Under the pieces are notes generated by a model, which was given only the letters and a program-made list of their open reading frames with translations, did not search any database and had not been told where the DNA came from. This document shows, in pieces, positions 43,054 to 54,171 of a stretch of DNA of 64,000 nt. Origin of the DNA: an uncultured Verrucomicrobiae bacterium (GTDB taxonomy: Bacteria; Verrucomicrobiota; Verrucomicrobiia; Palsa-1439). Made by a program: the position numbers and the translations under genes. The DNA lies in assembly GCA_963812605.1 (NCBI GenBank), contig CAWEWF010000001.1:512001-576000 (forward strand). Reading direction: 5' to 3'. Position 1 is the first letter of the stretch. Each line of letters begins with the position of its first letter.

Positions 43054-43671
43054 TCAGGAGCGTTGCACTTTACCGAGGTCCTTGATCAGGTTGTCGATGA
43101 GCTGGCGATGGGTCGCCTCGTTGACTTCTTTTTCGATGACCTTCGAGGCGATCTGGACGGAGAGGCTGGCCACAGTGTCCTTCAACTCCTGGATGCCTTT
43201 CTCCTTCTGCCGGACAATTTCCTCCTGGGCGCGCTGTGCCACCGCGGAAGCCTCGGTATTGGCCTTCTCGACGACCTCCTTGCGGACACGTTCACCTAGT
43301 TGGCGGGCTTCTTCGATAATCTTGCCGGCCTCGTTGCGGGCTTCGGCGACCTGTTTCTGGTAGTCTTCCATCAGCTTCTTCGCATCGGCGCGGGATTTCT
43401 CGGCGTCATCGATGGACTTCTTGATGGTCTCCCCGCGGCGGTCGAGCGCCTGCGCGATGGGCTTGAAGGCGAACTTCGACAAAAGATAGAGCAGGATCAC
43501 GAAGGTGACCAACGTCCAGATTTGCAGGCCCCAATCAGTCGGCGGGATCTGGCTGCCTTCGCCGGGCGGCGGCGCCGTTGCCGCTTCCTCCGCCCAAGCC
43601 ACGGCGCCGGTGAGGGCGACGAAACTCAGCGTGGCGAGGAACGTATGGATGATGCGATGAAGTGTCTTCAT
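43054..43671 (-). CDS. atpF: ATP synthase Fo b subunit with N-terminal extension
   Basis: TM WTLVTFVIL...FAFKPI followed by a coiled coil. Confidence 0.93.
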   Translation of the reverse strand: MKTLHRIIHTFLATLSFVALTGAVAWAEEAATAPPPGEGSQIPPTDWGLQIWTLVTFVILLYLLSKFAFKPIAQALDRRGETIKKSIDDAEKSRADAKKLMEDYQKQVAEARNEAGKIIEEARQLGERVRKEVVEKANTEASAVAQRAQEEIVRQKEKGIQELKDTVASLSVQIASKVIEKEVNEATHRQLIDNLIKDLGKVQRS

Positions 43672-43678
43672 GGGACGG

Positions 43679-43972
<294 letters not shown>

Positions 43973-44740
43973 CTAATGCGATTCTTCGAGTGCTTCGCCC
44001 AGGTACAACGCGGTCAACAAGGCGAAAATGAAGGCCTGTATGAAGGCCACAAAGATTTCAAAACCGTCCATCACGATCACGCCAACGAGCGGTACCGGGG
44101 CAAGGATTTTCATGAAGAAGCCCTGCTGCAAGAGGTAAGTCACCCCGATCAATTCACCGGTCAGCAAGACGAGGATGATCTGGTGGCCGGCGGTCATGTT
44201 TGCGAAAAGACGAATGGCGAGGGAAAAAGGCCGGGCAAAGATACCGATCAATTCGATGAACGGCATGAGCGTGTAACGCAGCCAGGCGGGCGCGCTATGC
44301 GGGAAAAGCAGCTTCACGTAGTACAGCGGACCATGCCGTTTCACCGCCACCACCTGGACGACAAGGAATACGACAATCGCCAGGACGGCGGTGACGTTGA
44401 GGTTGCTCGTGCCCGCATGAAAGTAACCGGGAACCGGAATCAGGCCAATGAGATTGCTGAATAAGATGAAAAAAAAGACGGTGGCCACGAACGGAAACCA
44501 CTTTGCGCCGTGGTGCCCCATGAACGCGTCGGAGACGTTCTCGCGAACAAATTCCAGCATCGACTCCACCAGGTTCGCGAAGCGTCCCGTACCATCCTCT
44601 TTCATGGCCCGCGCCGCGCCGACCAGGAAAAGAAAGGTGAACAGGCCTCCCAGCCACAGAATCACGACGAAGTTCGTGATACTCAGATTGAGCCCGAACA
44701 GCTCGATCATTCTATGTACGATTACATGGTGCTCGCCCAT
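43973..44740 (-). CDS. atpB: ATP synthase Fo a subunit
   Basis: NLIGLIP, RPFSLAIRLFANMTAGH, IQAFIFALLT. Confidence 0.97.
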   Translation of the reverse strand: MGEHHVIVHRMIELFGLNLSITNFVVILWLGGLFTFLFLVGAARAMKEDGTGRFANLVESMLEFVRENVSDAFMGHHGAKWFPFVATVFFFILFSNLIGLIPVPGYFHAGTSNLNVTAVLAIVVFLVVQVVAVKRHGPLYYVKLLFPHSAPAWLRYTLMPFIELIGIFARPFSLAIRLFANMTAGHQIILVLLTGELIGVTYLLQQGFFMKILAPVPLVGVIVMDGFEIFVAFIQAFIFALLTALYLGEALEESH

Positions 44741-44749
44741 CGCTAAATC

Positions 44750-45043
44750 CTACCTCTTGGGAAAAATCAACTGCTTCAACTGAACTAAGAGCGGCGCAGT
44801 ATAGGTAACGGCCAAAGCGCCCGTCAACCAGTATTTGTCCGCCTCCGTGTACTTGAATACCAGCCACCAGGCCACGACGACAAACAGGAGCCGTCCCACC
44901 GCGCCAGGGATCAGGACCGACACGCCCTTCGGTTGCACCACCTGGCTCTTGAGGCGCAACTCGTGTATCTGCAAGGCGGCGCTCACACCGCCGATCAACA
45001 CGCCGAAGACCACTCCCAGGATGACCGAGCGATCCGGGTTCAC
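44750..45043 (-). CDS. ATP synthase protein I-like membrane protein
   Basis: Small multi-TM protein directly upstream of atpB. Confidence 0.6.
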   Translation of the reverse strand: MNPDRSVILGVVFGVLIGGVSAALQIHELRLKSQVVQPKGVSVLIPGAVGRLLFVVVAWWLVFKYTEADKYWLTGALAVTYTAPLLVQLKQLIFPKR

Positions 45044-45258
45044 TTCGGTTTTTCTCCGCCATCACGGAAGGCGTAATACACGACCCGAAAACCCGCGGCC
45101 GCGCCCAAAAAAAAGAACAGGATCAGGAACACCGGCGACTGGCCGGTTTTCTTGTCGATCCAATATCCGATGGCCGCAATAACCACCGTGGTCAAAACCA
45201 TTTGCGTGCCCAAGGCCATGTACCGGCCCATGCCTTGATAATCTTTGCCCAAATTCAT
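45040..45258 (-). CDS. AtpZ/AtpI family protein
   Basis: IGYWIDKKTG.SP.F...G...GF pattern; first gene of the operon. Confidence 0.85.
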   Translation of the reverse strand: MNLGKDYQGMGRYMALGTQMVLTTVVIAAIGYWIDKKTGQSPVFLILFFFLGAAAGFRVVYYAFRDGGEKPK

Positions 45259-45300
45259 CTGGATTCACTTGCGACAACGTCAGTTCGGGCAACCAAAAGT

Positions 45301-45318
45301 GTGTGAAAACTATCACAA
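45301..45318. promoter_or_regulatory. Candidate Rex (or CRP-family) operator at the atp promoter
   Basis: GTGTGAAAACTATCACAA: 12/14 match to Rex TTGTGAA-N4-TTCACAA and perfect TGTGA-N6-TCACA. Confidence 0.55.
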
Positions 45319-45388
45319 AGTCGAGTCGAGGCAAGCAATTTTTTCGGGATTTGCCGCGCGCGCCTGAGCGTGTTATGAACAACCACCA

Positions 45389-46256
45389 ATGCGCCGCGCT
45401 GTCATCGATATCGGGACGAATACTGTGAAGGTTCTTGTTGCGGATGTGCAACAGGGTCAAGTAGTTCCGGCTTTAACGAAAGACTGCACGACGCGGCTTG
45501 GCGAAGGCGTCAACGAGTGCCAACAGCTTTCGACCCCAGCGATTGCCCGAACCTTGCAGGCCATCGACGAGTTTCTTGCGGAGGCGCAGGCGCTGGGGGC
45601 GACGAATACCATCGCGCTGACCACCAGCGCTTGTCGCGACGCAGCCAACCGCCATGAGTTCTTCGATGCGGTGCGCGGGAAATGCGGGCTCGAGGTGGAG
45701 TTGATCTCGGGCGACCGCGAAGCAGAGTTGATTTTTCACGGGGTGTCGAGCGACCCGGAATGGACGGGCGCGCCGCTTTTGGTGATGGATGTCGGGGGCG
45801 GGAGCGCTGAGTTCATCCAGGGGCGGGATGGGAAGATGGAACTGTTCCAGAGTTTGCCGCTTGGGGCGTTGCGACTTACCGAACAATTCGGCGAGGGTAA
45901 ACTGGCAGAACTCCGCGAGCATCTGCGCGCGGTTTTGCGTCCGGCGCTGGCCGCGTATGGAATCAGCGGCGGCCGGATGATTGGCACCGGCGGAACGATC
46001 ACGACTTTTGCGCGGATGCAGCATGGCGAGGTGGATCACACGACAATTTCGCAGGACGCGCTGCTCGAGGTTGGTAGAGCAGTTGGATGCGATGCCGCTG
46101 GCCGAACGAAAAAAGGTGGCCGGTTTGCCTGCCGAGCGGGCGGACATCATCGTCGCGGGTGGCGCCGTATTTCTTGTCGCGATGGAAATGCTGGGAGCGG
46201 CCGAATTGACGGTCAGCGTTCGCAATCTTCGCTACGGCGCGCTGCTAACGGGCTGA
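45389..46256 (+). CDS. Ppx/GppA phosphatase (frameshift near 46070)
   Basis: IDIGTNT, ISGDREA, MDVGGGSAE, GTGGTIT, ERADII. Confidence 0.9.
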
Positions 46257-46319
46257 GTCGCCGAAATATCGTCCTTGTCATCGGCGGCATCCCGGAACAA
46301 ATTGCGTCAGCGTGGATTG

Positions 46320-47151
46320 ATGAAGGCGGCCTCAAATCCGATTGACGGAGCCGTGGCGGTCCGCACCCTTGCGGATCGTGTCGGCGCGCGAATCATCGGC
46401 ACGCTTGAAGTCTTGCGGGAACTGGGCGCGTTTGCCGTCATCACGCTGGGGGTCACGCTCACCAAATTCAACACGTCCCGGCGCGTGGTCTATCCGCTGA
46501 TCTATACGCAGATCTGGAACGCGGGGGTGCGGCTGTTGCCGATGATCGGTTTCATCGGCGCGGCGCTGGGATTGGTGATTGTCGGGCAGACGGTAGCGTT
46601 GCTTTCGCGCGTCGGGGCGCAACAATATATCGGGACGGTGATGGTGACCGTGATCGTGCGCGAACTTGGCCCGCTGACGACGGCGCTGATCGTCCTGGCG
46701 CGCGCGGGCACCGCGAATGTTGTCGAACTCGGCACGATGCGGGCGCTCGGGCGAAATCGAAGCGTTGGAATCACTGGGGATCGACCCGATCCACTACCTC
46801 GTCATGCCGCGCGTGATTGGTTTGGCGACGGCGGTGTTTTGCCTCACGACGTACCTGGTGCTCATCGCGATTGCCGGCGGTTATCTTTTTGCGTTTTTGG
46901 AGGACGTGCCGCTGACACTGCCCAATTACCTCGAGCAACTCAACAACGCGCTGCGCTGGGAGGATTTTGCGTTGTTCGCGCTGAAGACGACCCTGTTCGG
47001 CGGCGTTATTGCGGTGGTGAATTGTTATCACGGGCTGGCGCGTCCGCTCAATGTCGAGGAAGTCTCGCGGGTGACCGCGCGCGCGGTGGTCGAGAGCGTG
47101 ACGGCCTGCGTGCTGCTCGACGCCTTTTTCCTGCTGGGCTACCTGTTTTGA
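46320..47151 (+). CDS. MlaE-family ABC permease (frameshift near 46752)
   Basis: IVRELGPLTTA, ELGTMR..GEIEALESLGIDPIHYLVMPR, TARAVVES. Confidence 0.88.
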
Positions 47152-47159
47152 CGACGCAC

Positions 47160-48102
47160 ATGAAAACGAATCGACCTTTGCGTTGGTATCACATTCGCTG
47201 GCAGACGGCGGTCATTGTGATCGTCGGATATTTCGTTGCGCGGTATTTTCTTTTTGGACGATTCAAACATCCAATGGGTTCGGGTCCCGCGGGGCCGGCG
47301 GTTGCCGCCGAGGCTTTTCAAAAGGCGTGGTCAACGAACGAATTCGTTCTCGTCGGTATCGGCGACAGCGTGACGGCCGGGTTTGGAGCGAGCGAGAAAC
47401 ACGACTATTTCGACCTGCTCTTACAGAATGACGATACAAAGTATCCCGAGATGCAGGGGCGGGATTTGCAGCATGTGCTGACCCATCTTGCGCACCAGAA
47501 TCTTTCTGTCTCCTACACCGTGTCGGAAGAGCACCTGGACCAGTTGCCCGGAGTGAAACCGCAGCCGCTCTCCGTGCGCGGTATCGTGGTTGTCACCACG
47601 GGAGGCAACGATTTGATTCACGATTATGGCCGCTCGGCGCCTCGCGATGGCGCGATGTACGGCTGCACCTACGAACAGGCGTTACAATGGAAGGAGAACT
47701 TTCGCGTTCGACTGAAGGCGATCCTTAACGGCTTGATGCGGAAGTTTCCCGGTCGGCTGCGAGATTTTCTTGGCCAACATTTACGACCCGACCGATGGGG
47801 TGGGTGACATCGAGCACGCGCATCTGATGCTGCCCGCGTGGCCGGACGGGCTGAAAATACTGCCGCTTTTCAATGATACTATCGCCGAGACGTGCCGTGC
47901 CTACACCAACGTCCATCTCGTGGATTTCCACGCGGCATTTCTGGGGCATGGCATCCATTGTACCGACCGTCGCAACGCGAATTACCGCAAGGAAGATCCG
48001 TACTATTGGTACTTTGACAACCTGGAGGACCCGAACGATCGCGGGTACGATGCGATCCGCCGATTATTTCTTATCGAGATGAGCAAGGTGTTATCACCAT
48101 GA
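47160..48102 (+). CDS. Membrane-anchored SGNH/GDSL hydrolase (frameshift near 47750)
   Basis: IGDSVTAG, TTGGNDL, NIYDP; block V reads EDPNDRGY. Confidence 0.8.
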
Positions 48103-48895
48103 GTGACGATGCTGTTAACCAAGGCGAAGACGGACGCCGCGGTCATCGAACTGGCGGGCGTGCAGGTTTCTTATATGGACGCGCCGGAGGTGGTGCTGGT
48201 AGAGGATGTAAACTGGCGCGTTGGAGCTGGCGATTTCTGGGTGGTTAGCGGCCGGCCGTTGAGCGGGAGATCGGCGTTATTAATGACGGCAGCGGGACTC
48301 AATCGGCCGGTGCGCGGGACTTTGCGGATTCTGGGGCAGGACGTGGCGCAGGCGCATGAGAAGGACCGCGTGAATTGGCGGCAGCGCATCGGCTATGTTT
48401 TCGAGAACAGCGGACGACTATTCAGTCTTTTGAACGTGGCCCAGAACATCGCCCTGCCGATGCAGTATCATCCGGGCCTGGAGGAGGACGCCATTGCTGC
48501 GAAGGTAAATGAATTGCTCACGCTCACGGAGTTGCAGGATTACGCGGGCGCAAATGCCGAGCCACCTGAGCCTGAGCATTCAACAGCGCGTTGGTTTGGC
48601 CCGCGCGCTGGCGTTATCCGTTGAGGTATTGTTCCTGGACAATCCGCTTTCGACATTATCGCTCCGCGAATGTCGCTGGTGGCTGGATTTTTTGCGGCAA
48701 TTGCAGGAGAGTCATTGTGCCCAAGGGAAGCCGCTGACGCTGGTGGCCAGCGCGGACGATTTTCGTGGTTGGGCGGACGTTGCGAGCCATTTTGCGGTGG
48801 TGGAAGGCAGGCACTTCCACGCCGTTGGCGGACGCGAACAACTGTCGGCCAGCACCGAGCCGGTCGTGCAGGATTTTTTGGCGAAGGGACTTTGA
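48103..48895 (+). CDS. MlaF-like ABC ATP-binding protein, degenerate (frameshift near 48550)
   Basis: Walker A GRPLSGRS, NVAQNIALP, LS...QRVGLARAL, LFLDNP. Confidence 0.75.
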
Positions 48896-48896
48896 T

Positions 48897-49920
48897 ATGG
48901 CGATACAGGATTTAACTCCCCAATTACGGACGCGATTGCGTCGCGTCGAGAAGATCGTCGGCGCTTTTGTAATCCTGGCGACGCTCGTGCTGTTGGTGGG
49001 GTTTGGGTATTACCTGTACCACACCGGCCAACGCAAAGGCTGGTTCATCCCGAAGTGTCCGTACTTTACCTTCGTGCAAAGCGCCGAAGGATTGAAAGTC
49101 GGCGATCCCGTCGTACTCATGGGATTTGAGGTCGGCAACATCACCACCATCACCGCGCAATCCCCTGCTGAGCATCGAGTCTTCGTCGGGATGGAAGTTC
49201 GGCAACCCTACTACGGCTATATTTGGTCGGATTCGAAGGTACGCGTCGCGGCGGTGGGTTTGCTGGGTGGTCGTGGTTTGGAGATCACGGCCGGTGAGAC
49301 GGGGATGCCGACAGTCAAGGAGGCTGGCGGAATCATAACGGAGTTGTGGATTCAAGATCACTGGGTGCCAATTGAGAAAGCGCGCAAGGGGGTTCGCCTC
49401 GATCCCGATGAACAACCCTCGCTCAGCGATCGCGCGCAGAAACTGGTCGAGCACCGTCGAGCGGGCGCTGCCCAACATTCTCGGGCTGACGAACCAACTT
49501 TACACCGTGTTGACCAATACCGCGCAACTCACCGCCAGCGCGAACCAGATGGTTGCCGACGTGCATCCGCTGCTCACCAACCTGACCGTCATCACCGAGA
49601 ACCTTCGCGACCCGCACGGTTCGTTCGGCGAATGGCTCATCCCGGGCGACCTGCATACGAATGTAAACACGAACCTCGTGGTCATCGCCGCGAGCCTGAA
49701 TACCACGATCCTGAACCTTGCCGCCATCACCAGCAACCTCAACGTCCAGGTCGAGTCCAACGACAAGATGCTTACGCGGATCTCCAGCCTTGTCATCGAT
49801 ACCGACAACCTCGTGCAAGGTTTGAAGAAGCACTGGCTCCTGCGGGGTGTCTTCCAGAAGATGAACAGTCAGACCAACGCGCCGCCGGCAACTGTGACGC
49901 CAGCGGGACAAAAGAAGTAA
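48897..49920 (+). CDS. MlaD/MCE-domain protein (frameshift near 49450)
   Basis: VGAFV, AEGLKVGDPVVLMGFEVG, long helical tail ending LKKHWLLRG. Confidence 0.85.
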
Positions 49921-49933
49921 TGAGAGCCGCTTC

Positions 49934-50173
49934 TCACGAATCTGTCCATCGGACGATCAACCAAAGGGCCAGGAAGATCAGGGCGCCGATCCCCATCGCG
50001 CCGGCGCCAAGATGGATTGCGAATTTCGCGACTTCCTGCTTGTCGGACGGCGCGAGCAAGCCTGTGACCACACCAGCCAGTCCCATAAGAATCAACAGAG
50101 TCCCCAGAGAGACAAAAATGACTTTGTACTCGGTAGGGGTGGCTGGTTCGGTTGGTGGTCGGAACCAAAACAT
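49934..50173 (-). CDS. Small two-TM hypothetical protein
   Basis: 79-aa ORF immediately downstream of 50176..50850. Confidence 0.55.
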   Translation of the reverse strand: MFWFRPPTEPATPTEYKVIFVSLGTLLILMGLAGVVTGLLAPSDKQEVAKFAIHLGAGAMGIGALIFLALWLIVRWTDS

Positions 50174-50175
50174 AT

Positions 50176-50850
50176 TCAGTTCAACGTTTTGGAACTGAGC
50201 CCCTTGGCAACTTCAGGACAGGCATCGCTCAGATTATCCAAGTTTTCGTGATCGATTGTAAAAGCAACCGATTCCCGGCCCTCACTCCGGGCAATCCTTA
50301 CAACGAAGATCGTGTCATAATCATCGCGCGGCCAGGATGGAACTCGTGTTGGGTCTCCGCCATAATCTTTCACCAGAGCCCTAACAAAATCATCGAGCAG
50401 AACATGTTCCCAAGCGATGAAAATAGTGGCGCTTTTGTAAGCCGGTTTCTGAAGTTCGTTCTCGAGGTTTTTGATTTCTTTGGAGCCAAATTGCACATTG
50501 ACCGGCAGGCCGCAGCGCACGGCGGTGGGCTCGATGGTCATCAGTGGACGGATATAGAAATGTCCTTCCTTACCGTCTTTCCCGTCCGCCTTTTGAGTGG
50601 GATTGGCCGCGAAAACAAACTGTGGCGAACCGTATTTCGCGAGTAACACCGTGGGCAGGGCCAGGGCGCGATTGAGGCCGCGGCAGGTCAATTGCCCAAG
50701 TCCGTCGGGTGGTTTTTCTCCATGGCGGATGCAGACGATGGTTTCGACGGTTTGCGTGGAAGCGACAGAAGAAACAGCCGAGTTGGTTTGTGCATCAGTG
50801 TGAATGCAAATTGTGAACCCGATAAAGAATATGGTGAGCAGGCTTTTCAT
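50176..50850 (-). CDS. Exported histidine-phosphatase-superfamily protein
   Basis: Signal peptide; IRHGEKP, RP..TI.P, AWEH. Confidence 0.7.
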   Translation of the reverse strand: MKSLLTIFFIGFTICIHTDAQTNSAVSSVASTQTVETIVCIRHGEKPPDGLGQLTCRGLNRALALPTVLLAKYGSPQFVFAANPTQKADGKDGKEGHFYIRPLMTIEPTAVRCGLPVNVQFGSKEIKNLENELQKPAYKSATIFIAWEHVLLDDFVRALVKDYGGDPTRVPSWPRDDYDTIFVVRIARSEGRESVAFTIDHENLDNLSDACPEVAKGLSSKTLN

Positions 50851-51108
50851 AACATGGTGAAGAGCTTAATTTGGGACTTTGGGCGCCGCAAGCTGAAAGG
50901 CCGAGAGGTTTATATGGCTTCACGCTGGACATCGAATTCCGATAATGGTAGGATTGGGTATGTGCTTGAACACGGCAAGCCCACATCGCGAGGGCCCAAG
51001 ACCCCTCACCTCAATCCTTCGCTCCGAATTCCGGCTCGGAGTTCGTGGCGTGTCGCAGTTCGGCCCCCCCAAGGAGAGAGGAAGGACGCGAAAACATGTA
51101 TTTCTGCG

Positions 51109-51205
51109 AAACGAACCGGATTGGAAACCCTGTTATTTTCAATGCAACTATCAGAATGATAACCGGTTATGGCGACAGCCTCAAATTTTTCAATCCGGTT
51201 CGTTT
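51109..51205. repeat. 97-bp element bounded by 15-bp perfect inverted repeats (MITE-like)
   Basis: AAACGAACCGGATTG ... CAATCCGGTTCGTTT with an AT-rich interior. Confidence 0.6.
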
Positions 51206-51271
51206 GGCGGCATTTTCGGCAGGTTCGGAATGACTTTTGAGGGTGACTGACTGTAAAGTGCGACCCGCATC

Positions 51272-51904
51272 ATGATGAAATCCAGGCCCTGGCTTCCGTA
51301 TGTCGTGCCGATGGCGATTTACTCGGCGTTCCTGCTGGTGCAGCCGTACGCGAATCTGTTGTGGATTTATCCGGCGAAGACCCTCGCGGTGGCGGCGGCG
51401 CTGATTTATTTTCGCAAGGAGTACGAGGAGTTGCGGCCGGGGTTTTCCCTGCTGGCGGTCATTGTCGGTCTCGTGGCGATTGCGATCTGGATCGCCATCG
51501 ATCCGTTTTATCCCAAGCATGAAAGTGGGGCGGCGTTCGACCCCACGACCATCTCCTCGCTGGCGCAACGGAATATGTTCCTCGTGTTTCGCGTCGTGGG
51601 CGCGGTGCTCGTGGTGCCGGTGATGGAGGAATTGTTCTGGCGCGCGTTCCTGATTCGCTGGTTGGTGAACGAAGACTTCAAGAGCGTGCCGGTCGGCACG
51701 TTCACCGGGCTTTCGTTCGCGGTGACGGTGGCGCTGTTCGGGGCGGAACACACGCAATGGCTGGCGGGGTTGATTTGCGGGGCGCTGTACAATTGGCTCT
51801 ACTACAAACGCAAGGATGTGTTCGCGTGCGTCATCGCCCACGCAGTCAGCAACGCGGCGCTGGCGGCATGGGTCTTGTCGCGCGGCGATTGGAAATTCTG
51901 GTGA
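51272..51904 (+). CDS. CAAX prenyl protease-related protein (exosortase/PEP-CTERM-associated type)
   Basis: PYVVPM, VVPVMEELFWRAFLIR, FGAEH, AHAVSN. Confidence 0.85.
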   Translation: MMKSRPWLPYVVPMAIYSAFLLVQPYANLLWIYPAKTLAVAAALIYFRKEYEELRPGFSLLAVIVGLVAIAIWIAIDPFYPKHESGAAFDPTTISSLAQRNMFLVFRVVGAVLVVPVMEELFWRAFLIRWLVNEDFKSVPVGTFTGLSFAVTVALFGAEHTQWLAGLICGALYNWLYYKRKDVFACVIAHAVSNAALAAWVLSRGDWKFW

Positions 51905-51911
51905 GTGGAAC

Positions 51912-53630
51912 ATGAAATCGGACCGCAGCGAGGGCGGAGCGACGCAGCCGGCGCAAGATCGCTCGAATCGCATTCTCATTTACTTGCTCTTTGCGGTTTC
52001 CGTGATTTCGCTCTGGGTCTTTCGGCCCGTGCTCGCCAACGGCTTCGTCAATTGGGACGACCAGATCTACCTCGCGGAACTGGCGCGGATGGGAAAATTT
52101 TCCTGGTCGTCACTGCGCTGGATGTGGACCTCGCTGCAGCCGTTCTATCTCCAGCCGATCGCGTGGATGACGCACTTGGCGGATTACCAGCTTTGGGGGA
52201 TGGATGCGGTCGGGCATCACGCGACGAACTGGCTGTTGCATGGAATTTACGTCGCGCTCGTGGGGACTTTAGTGTGGCTGCTGACCGGGGCGGCGGGAAA
52301 TGTTCGCCGCCGGAACGGCTGGCGATGAGCGCGGGAATCGCCCTGGTTTGCGGGATTCATCCCTTGCAGGTCGAATCGGTGGCGTGGGTGGCCGCGCGCA
52401 ACGGATTGCTGTGCTCGGTATGGATGGTGGCGACGTTGTGCGCGTATGTGCGCGCGGTCGGAAGCGGCGGCAAACCAAAACGCGGTTGGTGGTGGACGAC
52501 CATCGCGCTGCAGGCGGTCGCGCTCCTGACGAAACCTTTTGCCGTGAGCCTGCCGCTGGTGATGCTTGCGCTGGATTTTTTTCCGTTGCGCCGGCACGTG
52601 GAACGTGGCTGGTGGCGTTTGCTCGGTGAAAAGTGGCCGATGATCGCGCTGAGCGCTGCGGCGGCGGTGGGAGCAATCGCGGCGCAGGAACATCCTAGAG
52701 AGCCTGGTCGAATACACGTTTTGGGCGCGGGTCCTGGTGGCGACGCGGGGCGTGGTTTTCTACCTGTGGAAACTGATTTGGCCCGCATGGCTCTCGCCGT
52801 TTTATCCGTTGGACAGCCGCATCAGCCTGCACAGCGAGGAGTTTCTGGTGCCCTTGTTGTTTTGCGCGGTCGTCACGGCCGTGGCGGTCTGGCAACGAAA
52901 TCGCATGCCGGCGCTGACAGCGGCGTGGTGGAGTTACCTTGCTGTGCTCGGGCCCGTGTTGGGCTTGTTACAAGTGGGAGGCCAGGCGGTGGCGGACCGT
53001 TACGCCTATCTCGCGATGGTGCCGGCGCTGATGGCGCTCGCCAGCGTGATGTTATGGTTGTGGCGACGCGGCTCGGGGCTCTTCAAGACGGTGCTCTATG
53101 TGGTGCTGGGGCTGTGGTTTGTTTTTCTGGGGTTATCGACGCGCAAGCAGATCCGCGTCTGGCACGATGACCTGTCATTGTGGGGCGCGGTGCTGGAGCC
53201 CTTTCCCAACGATCCCCTGGCGAACTACAATACGGCGCTGGCGTTGTTGAAAAGGGGACATCTGGCGGAAGCTCGCGTGGCGGCTGAGCGGGCGGTGAAC
53301 TACTCCGATCCGCGCACGCCCCAACTGCCGGTGGCGCGCGCGACACTCGGCGTGATTTATCTCAAGACCCACGCGTACAACCTGGCTGTCGAGCAACTCC
53401 AGCAGGCCGTCAAAGCGGACGGGACATTGTGGACGGCGCGATACAACCTGGCGTGCTCGTATGCGCGGTTGGATCGCCTGCCCGAAGCGTACGAGGAATT
53501 GCACGCGGTGATTACGGCGCAACCGGAGTATGCCGCGCTGGCCGCGCGCGATGGCGAACTGGTCTCGCTGCGCGACAACCCCGCCTACACGGAGCGGTTT
53601 ACCGCGTTGATCGGCGGCAAAGGAAGATGA
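51912..53630 (+). CDS. TMTC-like GT-C glycosyltransferase with TPRs (frameshifts near 52305 and 52695)
   Basis: GFVNWDD..Y, HHATNWLLH, HPLQVESVAW, ADRYAYL, VWHDDLSLW, TPR tail. Confidence 0.78.
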
Positions 53631-53660
53631 CGTTGGCGAAGCGGCGAGTTATAGTGGGCC

Positions 53661-54155
53661 ATGGGAATACCGACACGGCTGATTGATTTTCTGGATCAAA
53701 GCAAAGTCCGTTATGAGATTTTGCATCATCCCGAGGCCTTCACGTCGCACGAACTCGCGGCCATCGAGCACGTGAAAGGAAAGGACCGCGCCAAAGTGGT
53801 GATGGTCAAGACGGGTGAGGAAATACTCATGGCGGTACTGCCGACGGACCGTCGTATCGACCTGGAAAAGCTGGCCGGGATTACGGGCCGTCCAACGACG
53901 GTGGCGGTGGAGACGGAGTTCAAGCCGCTGTTTCCCGATTGCGCCATCGGCACGATGCCGCCCTTCGGTCATTTATATGGCGTGGCGACTTACGTGGACC
54001 GGAGCGTAACCGAGGCCGACAAGTTGGTGTTTGAAGCGGGTACCCACAGCGATGCGATCAAAATGAAATACGCCGATTACGAACGGCTGGCAAAACCGAC
54101 CATGGCGGATTTCGCGGTGAAATTGAACGCCGGGCAAGCGACGGCAACAAAATGA
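53661..54155 (+). CDS. YbaK/ProX-family aminoacyl-tRNA deacylase
   Basis: AKVVMV, FPDCAIGTMPPFG, FEAGTH. Confidence 0.9.
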   Translation: MGIPTRLIDFLDQSKVRYEILHHPEAFTSHELAAIEHVKGKDRAKVVMVKTGEEILMAVLPTDRRIDLEKLAGITGRPTTVAVETEFKPLFPDCAIGTMPPFGHLYGVATYVDRSVTEADKLVFEAGTHSDAIKMKYADYERLAKPTMADFAVKLNAGQATATK

Positions 54156-54171
54156 TCTCGCGTCGAGAAGG

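Noticed and set aside
46275-47807. Apparent MlaE-SGNH fusion protein (510 aa)
   Set aside because: Artifact of the indel near 46752; corrected mlaE stops at 47151 and the hydrolase has its own ATG at 47160.
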